Shown here: in pieces, positions 52,701 to 64,000 of the stretch | How the letters are laid out: the number at the start of each line of letters is the position of its first letter | How positions within the stretch are numbered: the stretch's first letter is position 1 | Assembly: GCA_976551045.1 (NCBI GenBank) | Contig: CDPCPM010000022.1 | Span: 18,600,001-18,664,000 of the forward strand | Reading direction: 5' to 3' | Length of the DNA stretch: 64,000 nt | Source of the DNA: Glaucostegus cemiculus | Lineage: Eukaryota | Program-made: the position numbers and the translations under genes | Notes under the pieces: generated by a model | Databases searched by the model: none | The model's input: the letters and a program-made list of their open reading frames with translations, nothing else | Told to the model about the DNA's origin: nothing

Positions 52701-52760
52701 AGACCTGGAATGGATTCAGCTGGCCTGTGAGGTAAATTGTTGTTCCTAAACAGGTGCAGC
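49755..52760 (-). mobile_element. Rex1/Babar LINE, near full length and decayed (APE endonuclease plus RT)
   Basis: SILLANIQAIENK...[58 protein letters not shown]; several frameshifts. Confidence 0.93.
52523..52740. repeat. Tandem repeat, ~60-bp unit, about 3.7 copies, in the 5' region of the Rex1 element
   Basis: Recurrent ctggaagacctggagtggattcacctggac.ggaaggtaagtga. Confidence 0.9.
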
Positions 52761-54310
52761 GTGCAGGTTTGGAAATCTAGAAGTATCTGACCAGCATCTT
52801 GAAGCAATTCCAGCCAGCTCTCAGCTTAATCCAGCCCAGTTATTTTGCTTCTCAGATACTGTTGAGTATTTGCAGCATCATCTGTTTTTGTTTCAAACTT
52901 TCAACGCCTGCAGTATTTTGCTTTTGTGTAATTGTTCATTCCGCTGGAATTCATTATGCTTCCATCTCCATCTTCTATGTTCACACTCAACAAATCAAGT
53001 AGAATTAAATAACTTTTCTGTTTATCTATCATCAGGAAGAAATGTATCTAAACACTAAAAACAATATATTACTTTGAAATACAGTGACTGGGCAAAACAT
53101 GAGTCTAGAGCAATCATACTGCAGGTATTTGCACAGAGGTGTAATGGCTGATTGTTAATCTCCAAGATTCTGAGTCATTCTACTCCAGTCAGTGAAACTC
53201 AATGCGAATGAGTCAGTGAGTGAGTGAGTGAGGAAGGACGGGAAGAATGAGCTCACCCTTCCCATCCGTATCATGTCACCAATGTACAATACCTCACAGC
53301 TTTTCCCTCAATCAGGTACAAAATTGACAGAGATGCTCCCCATATCATACCTTTTTTGATTCCAGTTGCTTCAATGCAGAGAATATTAATTAGCAAAATT
53401 TATTTAGGTCATTAAGAACAGATTTGGGTGCCATTAACAAAATCTGCCCTGCAGCAATTTAGAATTGCATCAGAGCACTCACTGATTGTGTAAGCATTTT
53501 GAGTGCTGCCACACTGAAACAAAATTACATTTATAAATAATTATTTTAGCGTGCATCCTGTGCTCATTTATTTTAAGGGAAGCCCATACTATACAGCCTT
53601 ATCATGGCAATTTTCATAGATACTGAAAATTATCTATCCATATGTGGATGTGGCGGCCGATTCACTTTCTCTATCAACATGTCTCAACCATTTTGGGCAT
53701 TGAACCCATCAAGGGATCTATCTGTTTCAGAGTGAAAAACAGTTGTTCAATGCAACTCCCATAAAAGGAACTGTCCTTCTCTGGTCTTATCAGCCTTCAG
53801 TTGTGCACTGAGCAATTATAATTTCCCCCTTTATTCAATGTAGCTCTCTTTTAAAAGCAAATTGAAGCTCTTTTTAATAGTATTAGTAAATCAGCAGTGC
53901 CTGTGCGATACCTAAGCGGACCCATCAAACCTGTTATGAATTTAAAACAGCATTCTCTTAACCTTTTTTTTGCTACTATAGGCACTCATTTTAGGAAGAG
54001 CAAGGGGCTTGCACATGGAGCATGAGCATGTAGGTGAAAAACCAGAGATTCAGATTTTCAAGAGAGGAGGAGAGAAGGGACCTTGAAAGGTGGATGCCAA
54101 GCAAGAACTAGGGAATCATTGACATGGTAAAAAAACAAATCTAGGGCTTCAGAAGATCTTTGAAGGCTTTGAAAAGCACAGGAAATCATTTACCACAGTG
54201 GAATCCCAGTTAAGGGCAGCGTTATGAGATGTGACTGTCCTGAAGTGAACAATAGTTATTCCTCAGAATAATGTAGTCTAATTTCTTTCATAATTTAATT
54301 TTTTTAAATA

Positions 54311-54550
54311 TTTTATTTACAGCGTGGTAACAGGCCCTTTCGACCCAACGAGTCCGCGCCGCCCATTTTAAACCCCCAAATTTACCTACCCATACGTCTT
54401 TTAGAATGTGGGAGGAAAGTGGAGCACCCAGAGGAAACCCACGCAGACACAGGAGAACATACAAACTCCTTACAGACAGTGAAGGGAATCAAACCCCAAT
54501 CACTGGCGCTGTAACAGCATCGCGCTAACCACTATGCTATTGTGCCGCCC
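54311..54550 (-). mobile_element. tRNA-derived V-type (HE1-like) SINE, full length
   Basis: Reverse complement closely matches 55808-56045. Confidence 0.92.
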
Positions 54551-55364
54551 TATAATGCTGCAAGTAGATTGTTGCACAGGGATTGACTTCAAATAAAATG
54601 CTTTTGATGCAGAAATTGCATGAGAAGGGCATGCTTGACTCATGCCAGATTGTGTCGAGTTGAATTTCCAATATAACACAAATGATCCATAATGTTTGTT
54701 ACTAAATTCCAGTCTGTACAAAGTGCATTTTCAATTCCATAGTTCTGATATGAACAGTGCTGTGCAATCAACTTCCCAAGCTATAATTATGTGTTGTAAG
54801 TCTGTATTGATTCTGGATCATGTAGCTGGTACAAATTATTGCTTTAATTTGCTGTTATTCAGTACAGTAGAACATGGGCCCAGACCAAATGGCTTCTCAG
54901 AGGTTGAGTTTATGATTTCAACTGTGCTGAGAAAGATCATTTACTCACCAGAAGAATAAAAATCTGACAAAATGCTGTTACTAAGTCTAAATTTCATTAA
55001 CATCTTTAAAGTTAAATTACAGAGTTAGAGAATGATAATGTCACAGTTGGAGATGATTTGGCTGATCAGTATTGTCCCACTCAGCATCTTGCCCAAGTTC
55101 CTAGCAACCTTTTTCCCCTCAGATCCTTATACAGCTCCCTTTTGAACTTTGCAATAATCATTTGCTGCTGAAAAATGTTTTCCACATGTTGCTTCCAGCA
55201 CTTTTGCCAATCAACTTCAACCTGTGCCCTCTGGATCTTGGCTCTGATATTACTGGGAGTAGTTTCTCTTTACCTACATCTTTACTCTTCAAGAGTTTTA
55301 ATTTCCTCACAAGCATCTTGTTTCCAAGGAGGACAACAAGAAGTTCTCCAGTCTAACTACTCGC

Positions 55365-56490
55365 ATAGAGTTATCGAGCTTTACGGCACGGAAAGCAGGT
55401 CCCTTGGCCCAACTTGTCCATGCCAACCAAGTTGCCTCACTGAGCAAATCCCATTTGCCTACACTTGGCCCATATTCCTCTGAACATTTCTTATGCACTT
55501 ACCTGTTCAACTAGCTTTTAAATGTTGGAATTTTATCCACCTCCACCACTTCCTTGGCAGCTCACTGCATTTACGCACTACCCTCTGTATGAAAAAGTTG
55601 ATACTCGTGTTGTTTTTAAATCTTTCCTTGTCAATTTAAACCTATGCCCTCTAGTTTTGGATTCCCCTACCCTGGGGAAAAGACTGTGGCTATTCACCCT
55701 ATCTATGCCACTTATATTTTATAAACCTCTATAAGGTCACCCCCTTAGCCTCTTACAATCAAGGGGAGAAAGTCTTAGCCTTTCCAGCCTCTCCTTATAA
55801 TTTGAATGGGCGGCACGATAGCATAGCGGTTAGCATGACGCTGTTACAGTGCCAGCGATCGGGGTTCAATTCCCGTCGCTGACTGTAAGGAGTTTGTACG
55901 TTCTCCCGTGTCTGCGTGGGTTTCCTCCGGGTGCTTCGGTTTCCTCCCACATTCTAAGAGACGTACGGGTTGGTTACTTTTGGGGTTTAAAATGGGCGGC
56001 GTGGACTCGTTGGGCCGAAAGGGCCTGTTACCACGCTGTAAATGAAATTTTTTAAAAAATTTAAAAGAAAATTTAAATCCTTCAGTCCTGGTATCATCCT
56101 CAGAAATCTTGTTTGTGCTCTTTCCAGTTTTATGACATCCTTTCTGAAAGCAGGACAACCAGAACTGTACACAGTACTCCCAATGTGGATTTACCAATGT
56201 CTTGTACATCTACAACATGACGCCTCAACTCCTGTACTCAATGTCCTGACTAATGAAGGCAAACATACCAAATGCCTTCTTCACCACCCTGTCCAGCTGT
56301 GTGCCCCTAGATCTCTCTGTTCTACAACACTCCCCAAGGCTCTGTATAAGTCCTGCCCTGGTTTGTTTAAGTAAAAGACATCACCTAGCATTTATCTGAA
56401 TTAATCTCCATCTGCTATTCCTCAGCCACTGGCCCAGTTGATCAAGATCCCACTGTAATCGTAGATAACCTTCTTCACTGTCCACTACAC
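55365..56490 (-). mobile_element. CR1 LINE 3' fragment interrupted by a SINE
   Basis: MYKTLVNPHWEYCVQFW, RKDVIKLERAQTRFLRMIPGL; CR1 3' end near 55380-55430. Confidence 0.88.
55808..56045 (+). mobile_element. tRNA-derived V-type (HE1-like) SINE, full length, nested in CR1
   Basis: A box-like ggcacgatagcatagcgg, B box ggttcaattccc (55863-55874), V domain ggagtttgtacgttctcccgtgtctgcgtgggtttcctccgggtgc, CR1-like tail gggccgaaagggcctgtt; TSD aatttgaat/aatttaaat. Confidence 0.95.
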
Positions 56491-56499
56491 CACCAATGC

Positions 56500-57280
56500 C
56501 TTATTCCTCAAACGATGTCAGTAAATCTCTTCTGTACCCTCTCTAAAGCCTTGACTTCTTTTCTAAAGTGTCATCTAGAAATAGACACAATACTCCAGTT
56601 ATGACTGAACCACTGTTTTACAAAGATCCTTCGTGGCTTCCTTGCTCTTTAGCCTATTTACAAAGCCCAAGACTCTATCTGCTTTTTGAACCTGCTTCCT
56701 CACTCTGCATTCCACTTGCAACAAAATTATGTACCTGTACTCCCACATCTCTTTTTTTCCCTGCATCCCTTGGGCCCTTCAGTTTATATTGCCTCTTTTC
56801 ATACTTGTTATGAAAATGTCACACTTGGTTCTACTCAGCATTAGTTTTCATTTACCCATTCCATCAGCCGGCCTGTCTGTATTTATTATTATCTTCCTCA
56901 CAGCTCACTATGCCTCCAAGTTTTGTGTCAACTGAAAATTTGGAAACTGTACCTTTTACACCCAAATGCCAGTCATTAATGTTAAGAATTGCAATGGTCC
57001 TCTACAACGGTCTCTGGTCCAAAAAACAATCATTCATTATTACTCCCACTTCCTGTAATTCAACCAATTTTCTGTGCATGCTGCTATATTGCCTTTTATT
57101 CAGTTGGTTTTAGTCTTGATAACAAGGCATTTTTGATATGGCATTTTTGAAGTCTATATATACATCAACTATATTTCCCTTTCTGCTACTTCACAAACTC
57201 TACCAAGTCATTTAGACATGACTAGCCTTTAACAATTCCATGATGGCTTTCTCTAATTGACCCACTTTTGCCAAGTGACT
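56500..57280 (-). mobile_element. Old, highly diverged CR1 fragment
   Basis: Patchy CR1 RT similarity (gtaaatctcttctgtaccctctctaaagcc, caagttttgtgtcaactgaaaattt). Confidence 0.5.
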
Positions 57281-57373
57281 TTTAATTCTGTCCCTGATTC
57301 CCTAATTGTTATCTGCTCATGGGTAATCACGCTGATAGAAAGTAGTAAACTTTTTTAAAATTCCTCTGTTGTC

Positions 57374-57540
57374 TTTTATTCCAAAATAAACTTTATTCAT
57401 CATAAAAAACAAACTATATACAACAATAAAACAGTGCAAACCTTTACATCCATGTATGGATCAGTCTTTAGTATTACCTTTTTATTAAAAAAAACACAGC
57501 ACTGATGCCACTTGTGTGGCTCCCTGGGGTGATACCCCAA
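57374..57540 (-). mobile_element. Tx1/L1-clade LINE 3' tail
   Basis: gtggctccctggggtgatacccc is the near reverse complement of ggggtatcacctcagggagccac at 46016-46038. Confidence 0.7.
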
Positions 57541-58632
57541 TCCCATATTTACAATATGATGGATTGATTCATTAGCAATGTCATTCAATGCAGGCCTCAA
57601 GCAGAATCTAGATATTTCTCAACATTGAGAGAAAAATGTAGCATTAAATGCCATAATAGATTCTAAATTGACTGATGTAGATTGTGCAGCTAAATGGAAA
57701 TCATAAGATTTTCATGTGAGTATTTTCAATAACCAGGAAAATATTTCAGGATTTCACATGGAAATGCATAATAAATGTGTTCAAACCACACTAGATATAA
57801 CAGTCAATGGAAACCCTGAATCTATGCTTCTAAGAAGAAATCCTATCATTGGGGATGAAATTAGGCAAAGTTTAATTATTATCAGAAAGTTTTACAGAAG
57901 TAACATATTGTAGTTTGCCATTGAAATTGTTTCAGACAGAATCATTGGAGAAAACTCCTAAAATAGCATTTCCCTTCCAGCATGATTTCTGATTTAAATG
58001 TTGGCAATTTATACAAAAGAAAAGGAATTAAGTATTTCTGTGTGAAGTCACAATACAGTAACTGAACATTAACAGATTTCATATTACATTGCATCTTAGG
58101 ATTCAAATTTTGAAAAAGAAATTGATTTTGAATAAAAGGAAGATTTAAATTTCCAGGTTAGCATTTATTTACAGCTTCTTTATAGTAACAGAAATAAAAT
58201 TGCTTTACAAGAACCACATAAAAATTACCTCAAACCAAACTATTAAAATGCAATTCCACCTAAAGTCATAGGAATTATAAACTTATTCCTGCATGTACTT
58301 CCTGTCCCATTTTAAAATTTAAATTTAACTTTCTCTAACCTGTTCAAACCTTTACTTTTATTCATTAAAGTTCAAAAGAATCTGGTGATGATCCAGAATT
58401 TGAGAGATCATGGCATTAATGAAGATTAACCTGCTGTGGAATTTTTCAGCTGTGTAAATAAGCTGCCTGTGTTTTATATACTTTGGTAACAGTTAAATGT
58501 AATGGATAATTATAATGATCAAACTGGAGCACTGGCTTAGCAATAAAACAATATGTGCACCTTTTTTTCTTGACAGAGTGTGGCTGTGCATCTCACTTTT
58601 ATTGATTCTACTATAGCCACTGGAACTGTTTT

Positions 58633-59020
58633 ATGCAACAAACAATCTGCTGCAGGAACTCAGCGAGTTGAGGAGCATCTGTCGGGGGGAAAGGAATCGT
58701 CAACGTTTTGGGTTGAAACCCTGCATTAGGACTGAGAGTGGAGGGGGGAGGTAGCCAGGATAAATTAGAGAGAGGGAGTAGTGAGACAGAAGCCAAAAGT
58801 GATTAGTGAATGAGGGAGTGGGGACGGTGAGGTGTGATGGGGAGTGGAGAAATGGTTGGATGTGAAGATTGACCAGGTAGGGGAGGGAGAGGGGTGGAGT
58901 TGAGAGACAACAGGTGGAGGGAGACAAAAAAGGAGGAAGATGGATCCATAGAGGTGGCGGGGGCGGGGGGGGGGGTGGTGGAAGTGGGGAGGGTACAGGT
59001 GGAGACAGCTGCTGGATAAG
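58633..59020 (-). mobile_element. Penelope-like terminus with hammerhead-like motif and pyrimidine-rich UTR
   Basis: Reverse complement reads cagtcCTAATGCAGGGTTtcAACCCAAAACGTTGAC...cagatgctcctcaactcgctgagttcctgcagcag. Confidence 0.8.
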
Positions 59021-59855
59021 TATATTTTATGTTATCCTGTGTCCTTGAGTTTTTCAAGTAAAATGAACATATTGGGAAGAGGAAAGCTGATATCAATGGA
59101 TGTCTCTGAAAACTATCAAAATATTACATGTCATCTTAATGAGTCATTCAAGTGATTTAAAAATATTTTACTTGATAAGTTTCTTACCTCTTTTCAAATC
59201 TCCTGAATGTGTTAGCCCCCTTGTCAAGTTAATGTGCCATGATCTCCCATAAGTGATTATTAATTAGTACATGATTCTAACATGATTCAGGTTTGTCAGC
59301 TGTCTTATCACGGGATATCATCATGACCAAATATATTACCACGCTCACTTCAAATCCGTGAAAATATTGTTCTAGGAGGCCACAGGGTCGTAATAAGGAT
59401 GGGCAATGAAGCCTGATTTTCCTTCTCCTTAATCCAAGGATATCCAAGGATACTGAAAAGGATGTGCCTAAAACTTCATGGAAGAAATACAACACTTTCA
59501 CTGACTCTTGGGAATCCCTGGCCCATGACTACTCAAAGTAGGGAAGAAGCCTACAAGATGGTACTGAGAAGTTCGATCCATATATCAGGAATACAAAAGA
59601 AGGCCTGCATAGGTGGTGGAAGGAAAACAAACATCTCCCAAACTAACCACCCACTCCCCTCTTGTCCCATTTTGGAAGTGTTTACACCACCCACAAACCA
59701 ACAAAACTGAAGCAGAAGCATGTCTTTCTTGATCAACATAATAATCTGGAAATATTGATCCTGATAGCCTGTCATTCTCCGTCCCAAAATATAAAGGTAT
59801 CTAATCAGTTTTTTTGGATGGACTGCTTCATAAAATTGAATTGTTCATTTCATTG

Positions 59856-60116
59856 TCTTTTCTAATATGTGAAGTAGAATTCACCAAGGATCAGATTGTT
59901 CACCCACTAACAAGGTAAGTGAGCTGGGCTTAGACCATTATGAGACAGGTTAGTTTTAGCCCTACTGATGATTTGATGTTGCAATAGTAATCCTGTTCAG
60001 GACGAGGAGAACTGTAGGTTTGAATATTTGGTGTATGTGCTTGGCTGAGGAGCCAAGCGTGTGAAGCTAACATCAGCGGGATTATGTCTGAAGTCCTCTA
60101 AACCAGAATCAAGCCT
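59856..60116 (+). pseudogene. Dispersed, diverged fragment of the 28S rRNA 3' domain including the sarcin-ricin loop region
   Basis: tgtgaagtagaattcaccaag...attgttcacccacta...gtgagctggg.ttagacc...tgagacaggttagtttta.ccctactgatga...gtaatcctgttcag...tttggtgtatgtgcttggctgaggagccaa...gggattatg.ctgaa..cctctaa is colinear with vertebrate 28S rRNA. Confidence 0.92.
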
Positions 60117-60759
60117 ATCTTTGTGTTCTATCCCTGCTTTCACCATATTCATCCAGGAATGCAAGATTTTTCATCAGCACAAAGGAGAAGTGGGAAGTGA
60201 AGTTGAATGACAGACTAAGTGAATGAGAGATGAAGGCAGAGACAAGAACAGAATGAAAGGCTAGGAGATCAGGAAAGAGAAAGCAAGATCAGCTATTGAC
60301 TACTCACAATTCTTTTGATACAAAGGTTCAAAATCTTGATAAATCTTTTCAGTAGGTAATAAATATTGGTCATGATCAGAACACTTGATGTGCTACAAGG
60401 CAAAAAGGTCAAAACCAAGCAAAGGATATTTTTAATCAGGTTTGTGGAGCAAGAGTGATAAGGTCCAGGGTTTTGATTTTCTTGAGCAAAATTGTCACAA
60501 ATCAATCTTGGATCAGAAAATGCAGGAAAAAAGTAGTTGAAAAGAGAAAGTTACAGCACAAAAGAGCAGGATTTTGGGATGAACTGGATAGGATTTCCAA
60601 AGGAACACCTTGACTTTACTGGTCATGTTCACTTATAATGTACATCATGGGTGGTCTTTGGCTATTCTAGTACTCCACTAAAGCACCAAGAGCTATTCAA
60701 AGGTCCGATTGGGAGTTTGGAGCCCTTATCAATTTGCATAATTATTCTAAAATCAGAAT

Positions 60760-60900
60760 TCCACAGATGCTGGAAATCTGAAAGTAAACAGAAAATGCTA
60801 GAAATGTTGGAAAATCAGGCAACACTTGAAGAGGGGGAGACAGTTTCAGTGGGCATTGAAAGGTTGCTCTCCATGGATGCCTGACCTGCTGAGTGTATTT
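60760..60900. mobile_element. Inverted pair of Penelope-like termini
   Basis: cagatgctggaaatctgaaagtaaacagaaaatgctagaaat (minus) then ctccatggatgcctgacctgctgagt (plus). Confidence 0.6.
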
Positions 60901-62244
60901 TGGTTTAACTATATAATTATTCACTTTGTAATATAATGCAAAGTGGAGCCGATCCAGCTGAGTTTAAAAATTCTGGAGCAAATCTTCTTTTAGTTCAAAG
61001 GAATATTTATTATGTTTTTTGTGGTTCTCTTCAATTCTAAACCATGTCAGGTACTATGTTGTAACTGATTCCTTTATTTGAGTTGTGAAATGTTTTCATT
61101 TATTAAAAATAAAGGCTACAAAGCACTTCTTAAAAATAAACTTAACAATTATCTTCATGTCAGATTCTCTATGGTGCAATCCAATCATTCTATAACTAAA
61201 AGAAAAGGAGAAAGTCTTTTTCATAATTAAAACCATTACAAGATCAGAAATCATACATTTCAAAACCATACTTTTTATTCTCCCATTTTGCTTTGAAAGG
61301 AATTTTACCCTCAACCATATCTGTAACTAGTAGTTAACCAAAGTTTTCAGATCAGTCCTTACCTACGACAGAAAATTAGCAATCCAAATTGAAACTAAGT
61401 TCATCAATTTCCTTCTCTTTTGTTGAAAATTGTCTCCTCAAAGACCCTATGCTGGAGCCTCAATCACTCCCAGCACAGGCAAAAACACTTTGTTTGGGAA
61501 TTAATATGTACCAGTTACTTATTGTGGATCATGGAGACATTGCTTTCTGCACCTCACATAGCTATTTACTGCAAATGAATAATACTAAATCATCCAATAG
61601 AAGATGACGTATTTTGTAAGTTATGCAAATGGTATCAGCACACAAGTCTCTGCACTAATGATCACCTTCATCACAATTTCTCTGGCACTATCTCCCATAC
61701 TCTATCCTGATGCTGCTATTTAATACAACACCTAGATGTCTATTTATTTGATCTTAAAATAATAAGCTGCAGGCAAGTTAATGTGAAGGCATGTGGGGGA
61801 AGAAGGATATATCTCAAGTTGAGTCTGAGCCTAAGCTAACTGATAGTCACAAACACATTTCAGATAAAACCTGGCTGATTTCTGAGTTGTGGGACTCAAA
61901 CGTACTATAAAATAAAGCTTGTATTTTTCACTATTTAATTTTGAAACCATATAATTGGTTGAATTTTCTTTTTGAAAGCTCTTGATAATACTCAGAGTAA
62001 TGGACTTGTCAGTGTCGAGTATGGTGTCAAGTTATTTCATGTGACAACACGAGAAAAACACAATTTTATTCTGGGGTATACCCCATGGCCAATGAGGCTA
62101 TTTCTTATGCAGTCCAGTTTTTGGGCACTGCGGCAGCCAATATGAGAACCACAAACTCTTCCGGAGATGGGGCAAGTGGTGACTTTTGGGGGCAGGCGGG
62201 TGGGTAGTGAGGTAGTCCACTCCTTCTACCACTTATTCACGGCC

Positions 62245-62485
62245 CCAATGTGTTCCTGAAGAATGGCCTCTAGGTTCTCAATCCTTCTCCACTTTGAGTG
62301 GACATGAGCCAGAGATTCCCAGGTGTTGGTGGGATGTTGCATTTCTTCAAGAGGCTTTGAGCACATCCTTTGAATCTTTGCATCTGTCCAGCTGGTATGA
62401 CAAAGCATGAAAAATGGAATACCTATTTTGGGAGCCTGGTACTGGGCATGTGAAAGATGTGCCCTGCCCAACATAGCCAACTGAA
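62245..62485 (-). mobile_element. RTE (BovB-like) LINE fragment
   Basis: Split frames give FKGCAQSL / PTNTWESLAHVHSKWRR, resembling the RTE RT C-terminus. Confidence 0.65.
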
Positions 62486-62489
62486 GCAG

Positions 62490-62680
62490 AGTGGTTTGGT
62501 GGAGAAATCACGGAACTTAAGGCCTTGGCAGTTGAGGAGATAGGACCCAATGGCGAAGTAATTTTAAAATCAGGAATGTGCAGAAGGCCTGAATTGGAGG
62601 AGCAGAGATATCTCAGAGGGTTGTAGGGCTGGAGAAGATTATAGAGAAAATGATTAAAGAGAGAGGGATAGACCATGTAG
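62490..62680 (-). mobile_element. L2 LINE fragment
   Basis: LYNLLQPYNPLRYLCSSNSGLLHIP. Confidence 0.65.
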
Positions 62681-62919
62681 GAACATGTAACTAAGGCTGA
62701 GAATTTTATTCTTCCAGTTTGTATACTCTGGCCTGCTGGCCACAGTCTCATAGCCTCGCTATCAACAACACATTACACAGACAAAGAGGCATAACATGAT
62801 TATATCTCCTACTCTGCTTCCATCAACCCATTGGACTCATCCAATCAGAGGTAGTCTCTTTGTTCTGTCTGTTTTTCCCCTACAAGTCTCTGCTACCTAT
62901 ACTAATTTGATTTTCTCTA

Positions 62920-63022
62920 CTTCCTGGTTTTGATTTAGGGGCCCAGGTCAAAAATGTTGATTGTTTCTCTTTTCACAGATGCTGCCTAACCTGACGAGTA
63001 TTTCCAGCACTTTCTGTTTTAT
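62920..63022 (+). mobile_element. Penelope-like terminus
   Basis: tgtttctcttttcacagatgctgcctaacctgacgagtatttccagcactttctgtttt. Confidence 0.7.
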
Positions 63023-63706
63023 GAGAATTTTAACAGAGACATTGATCAAACATCAGTGAACTCAGGAGTGCTTAATAAAAAGAATTTGAGATAAATTAGA
63101 ACACAGGCAGCATGGTTTTAGATGAGGATGGTCCCATACTTCCTAAGATTTGCAGCCATTCTTACTGGTCACTGTCCCCACTGAACCTGTTCTTACCTTG
63201 AGTGGACCCTTTGATCACAAGAGATCCTGGCTCCCCAATTCAAGTCCAATGGGATTTAAACTGCATGAATCAGGTTTGGTCAAGCTGGGGATGGCAAAAC
63301 ATTGTAAGCCCTCAGGTCAGGTTGGTTCAGTTCTTCACTGCACTAAAGTACAAAAATCATGTTTTAGGAAGTGTTATTTTTCACATATATGGGGTCCTGC
63401 CTGCAATGCTGGATTGTGTGCATGCATAGGACAGGATTCTCTGGACAACAGCATTTACAGTGATGTGATATTCAGGTCATGTTGGATCAGATGTGGAAGA
63501 AATTATGTCTTCATCAGTCTTGGGTTAATTTTAGATTGATTCAGATCAAGTTTCAATGTTATACTCATGTAAGTCACCAGATCAAGTTCCCTCCGTAAAT
63601 CCATTCCTGACCTGATGGGTGGGCTTTGTAGAGAATTGTGCTTTCTGCCTGAGTCCCACTGAAATATAAACTCCCCTCATTCCACCATGTAGACCCAGGC
63701 GGAATT

Positions 63707-63958
63707 TAAGATAGGATAAGATTTCTTTATTAGTCACACGTACATTGAAACACACAGTGAAATGCTTCTTTGTGTAGAATGTGCTGGGGGCATCCCACAA
63801 GTGTCGCCATGTGGGATGAATGTGGGACGAAACCAGAGAACCCGAAGGAAACCACGCAGTCACGGGGAGAACATACAAACTCAATACAGACAACGGTTGG
63901 AATTGAACCCGGGTCGCTGGCACTGTAATTGTATTACACTACACTACCGTGCCTGCCC
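63707..63958 (-). mobile_element. V-type SINE variant with a different 3' tail
   Basis: Same tRNA head and V domain as 55808, but the 3' part is gcatttcactgtgtgtttcaatgtacgtgtgactaataaagaaatcttatcctatctta. Confidence 0.8.
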
Positions 63959-64000
63959 TCTACTCGTGCTTGTGCAAATCTTCATTTTCAAAGATTATTC

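Noticed and set aside
52523-52740. CRISPR-like repeat-spacer array
   Set aside because: Eukaryotic context, units are degenerate along their whole length, inter-repeat parts are related to each other, and there are no cas genes.
55808-55880. tRNA gene
   Set aside because: The A and B boxes belong to a SINE head followed by a V domain and LINE-like tail; no complete cloverleaf.
59856-60116. Functional rRNA gene
   Set aside because: Short isolated fragment with mutations in invariant positions, including the sarcin-ricin loop.

Overview
Vertebrate nuclear DNA, AT-rich and CpG-depleted. The repeat content (HE1/V-type SINEs with CR1 tails, Deu-domain SINEs, CR1, Rex1/Babar, Tx1, L2, RTE and abundant Penelope-like ends) points to a cartilaginous fish, probably a batoid; this is an inference. 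The only host gene is the 3' part of slc25a36 (mitochondrial pyrimidine nucleotide carrier) on the + strand: five coding exons (3899-3976, 7204-7304, 20588-20654, 21374-21663, 23163-23356) that splice in frame to the stop codon, followed by a roughly 5.7 kb repeat-free stretch that is probably a long 3' UTR. The first coding exons lie upstream of the window. From about 30 kb to 64 kb the sequence is intergenic and filled with retroelement remnants, and nearly all ORFs in the track are transposon fragments or noise. The most interesting signals are: (1) non-standard splicing signals in slc25a36, namely a candidate 16-nt stop-containing microexon, a GC-AG intron required to keep frame, and a NAGNAG acceptor that would delete the glutamate of the third carrier signature motif; (2) Penelope-like termini carrying minimal hammerhead ribozyme folds, including a ~100-bp hammerhead-headed unit inserted with its own target-site duplication; (3) a 23-bp Penelope-derived patch inside a Rex1 LINE; (4) a dispersed 28S rRNA fragment spanning the sarcin-ricin loop. 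Repeat family names and repeat boundaries were assigned by eye and are approximate.
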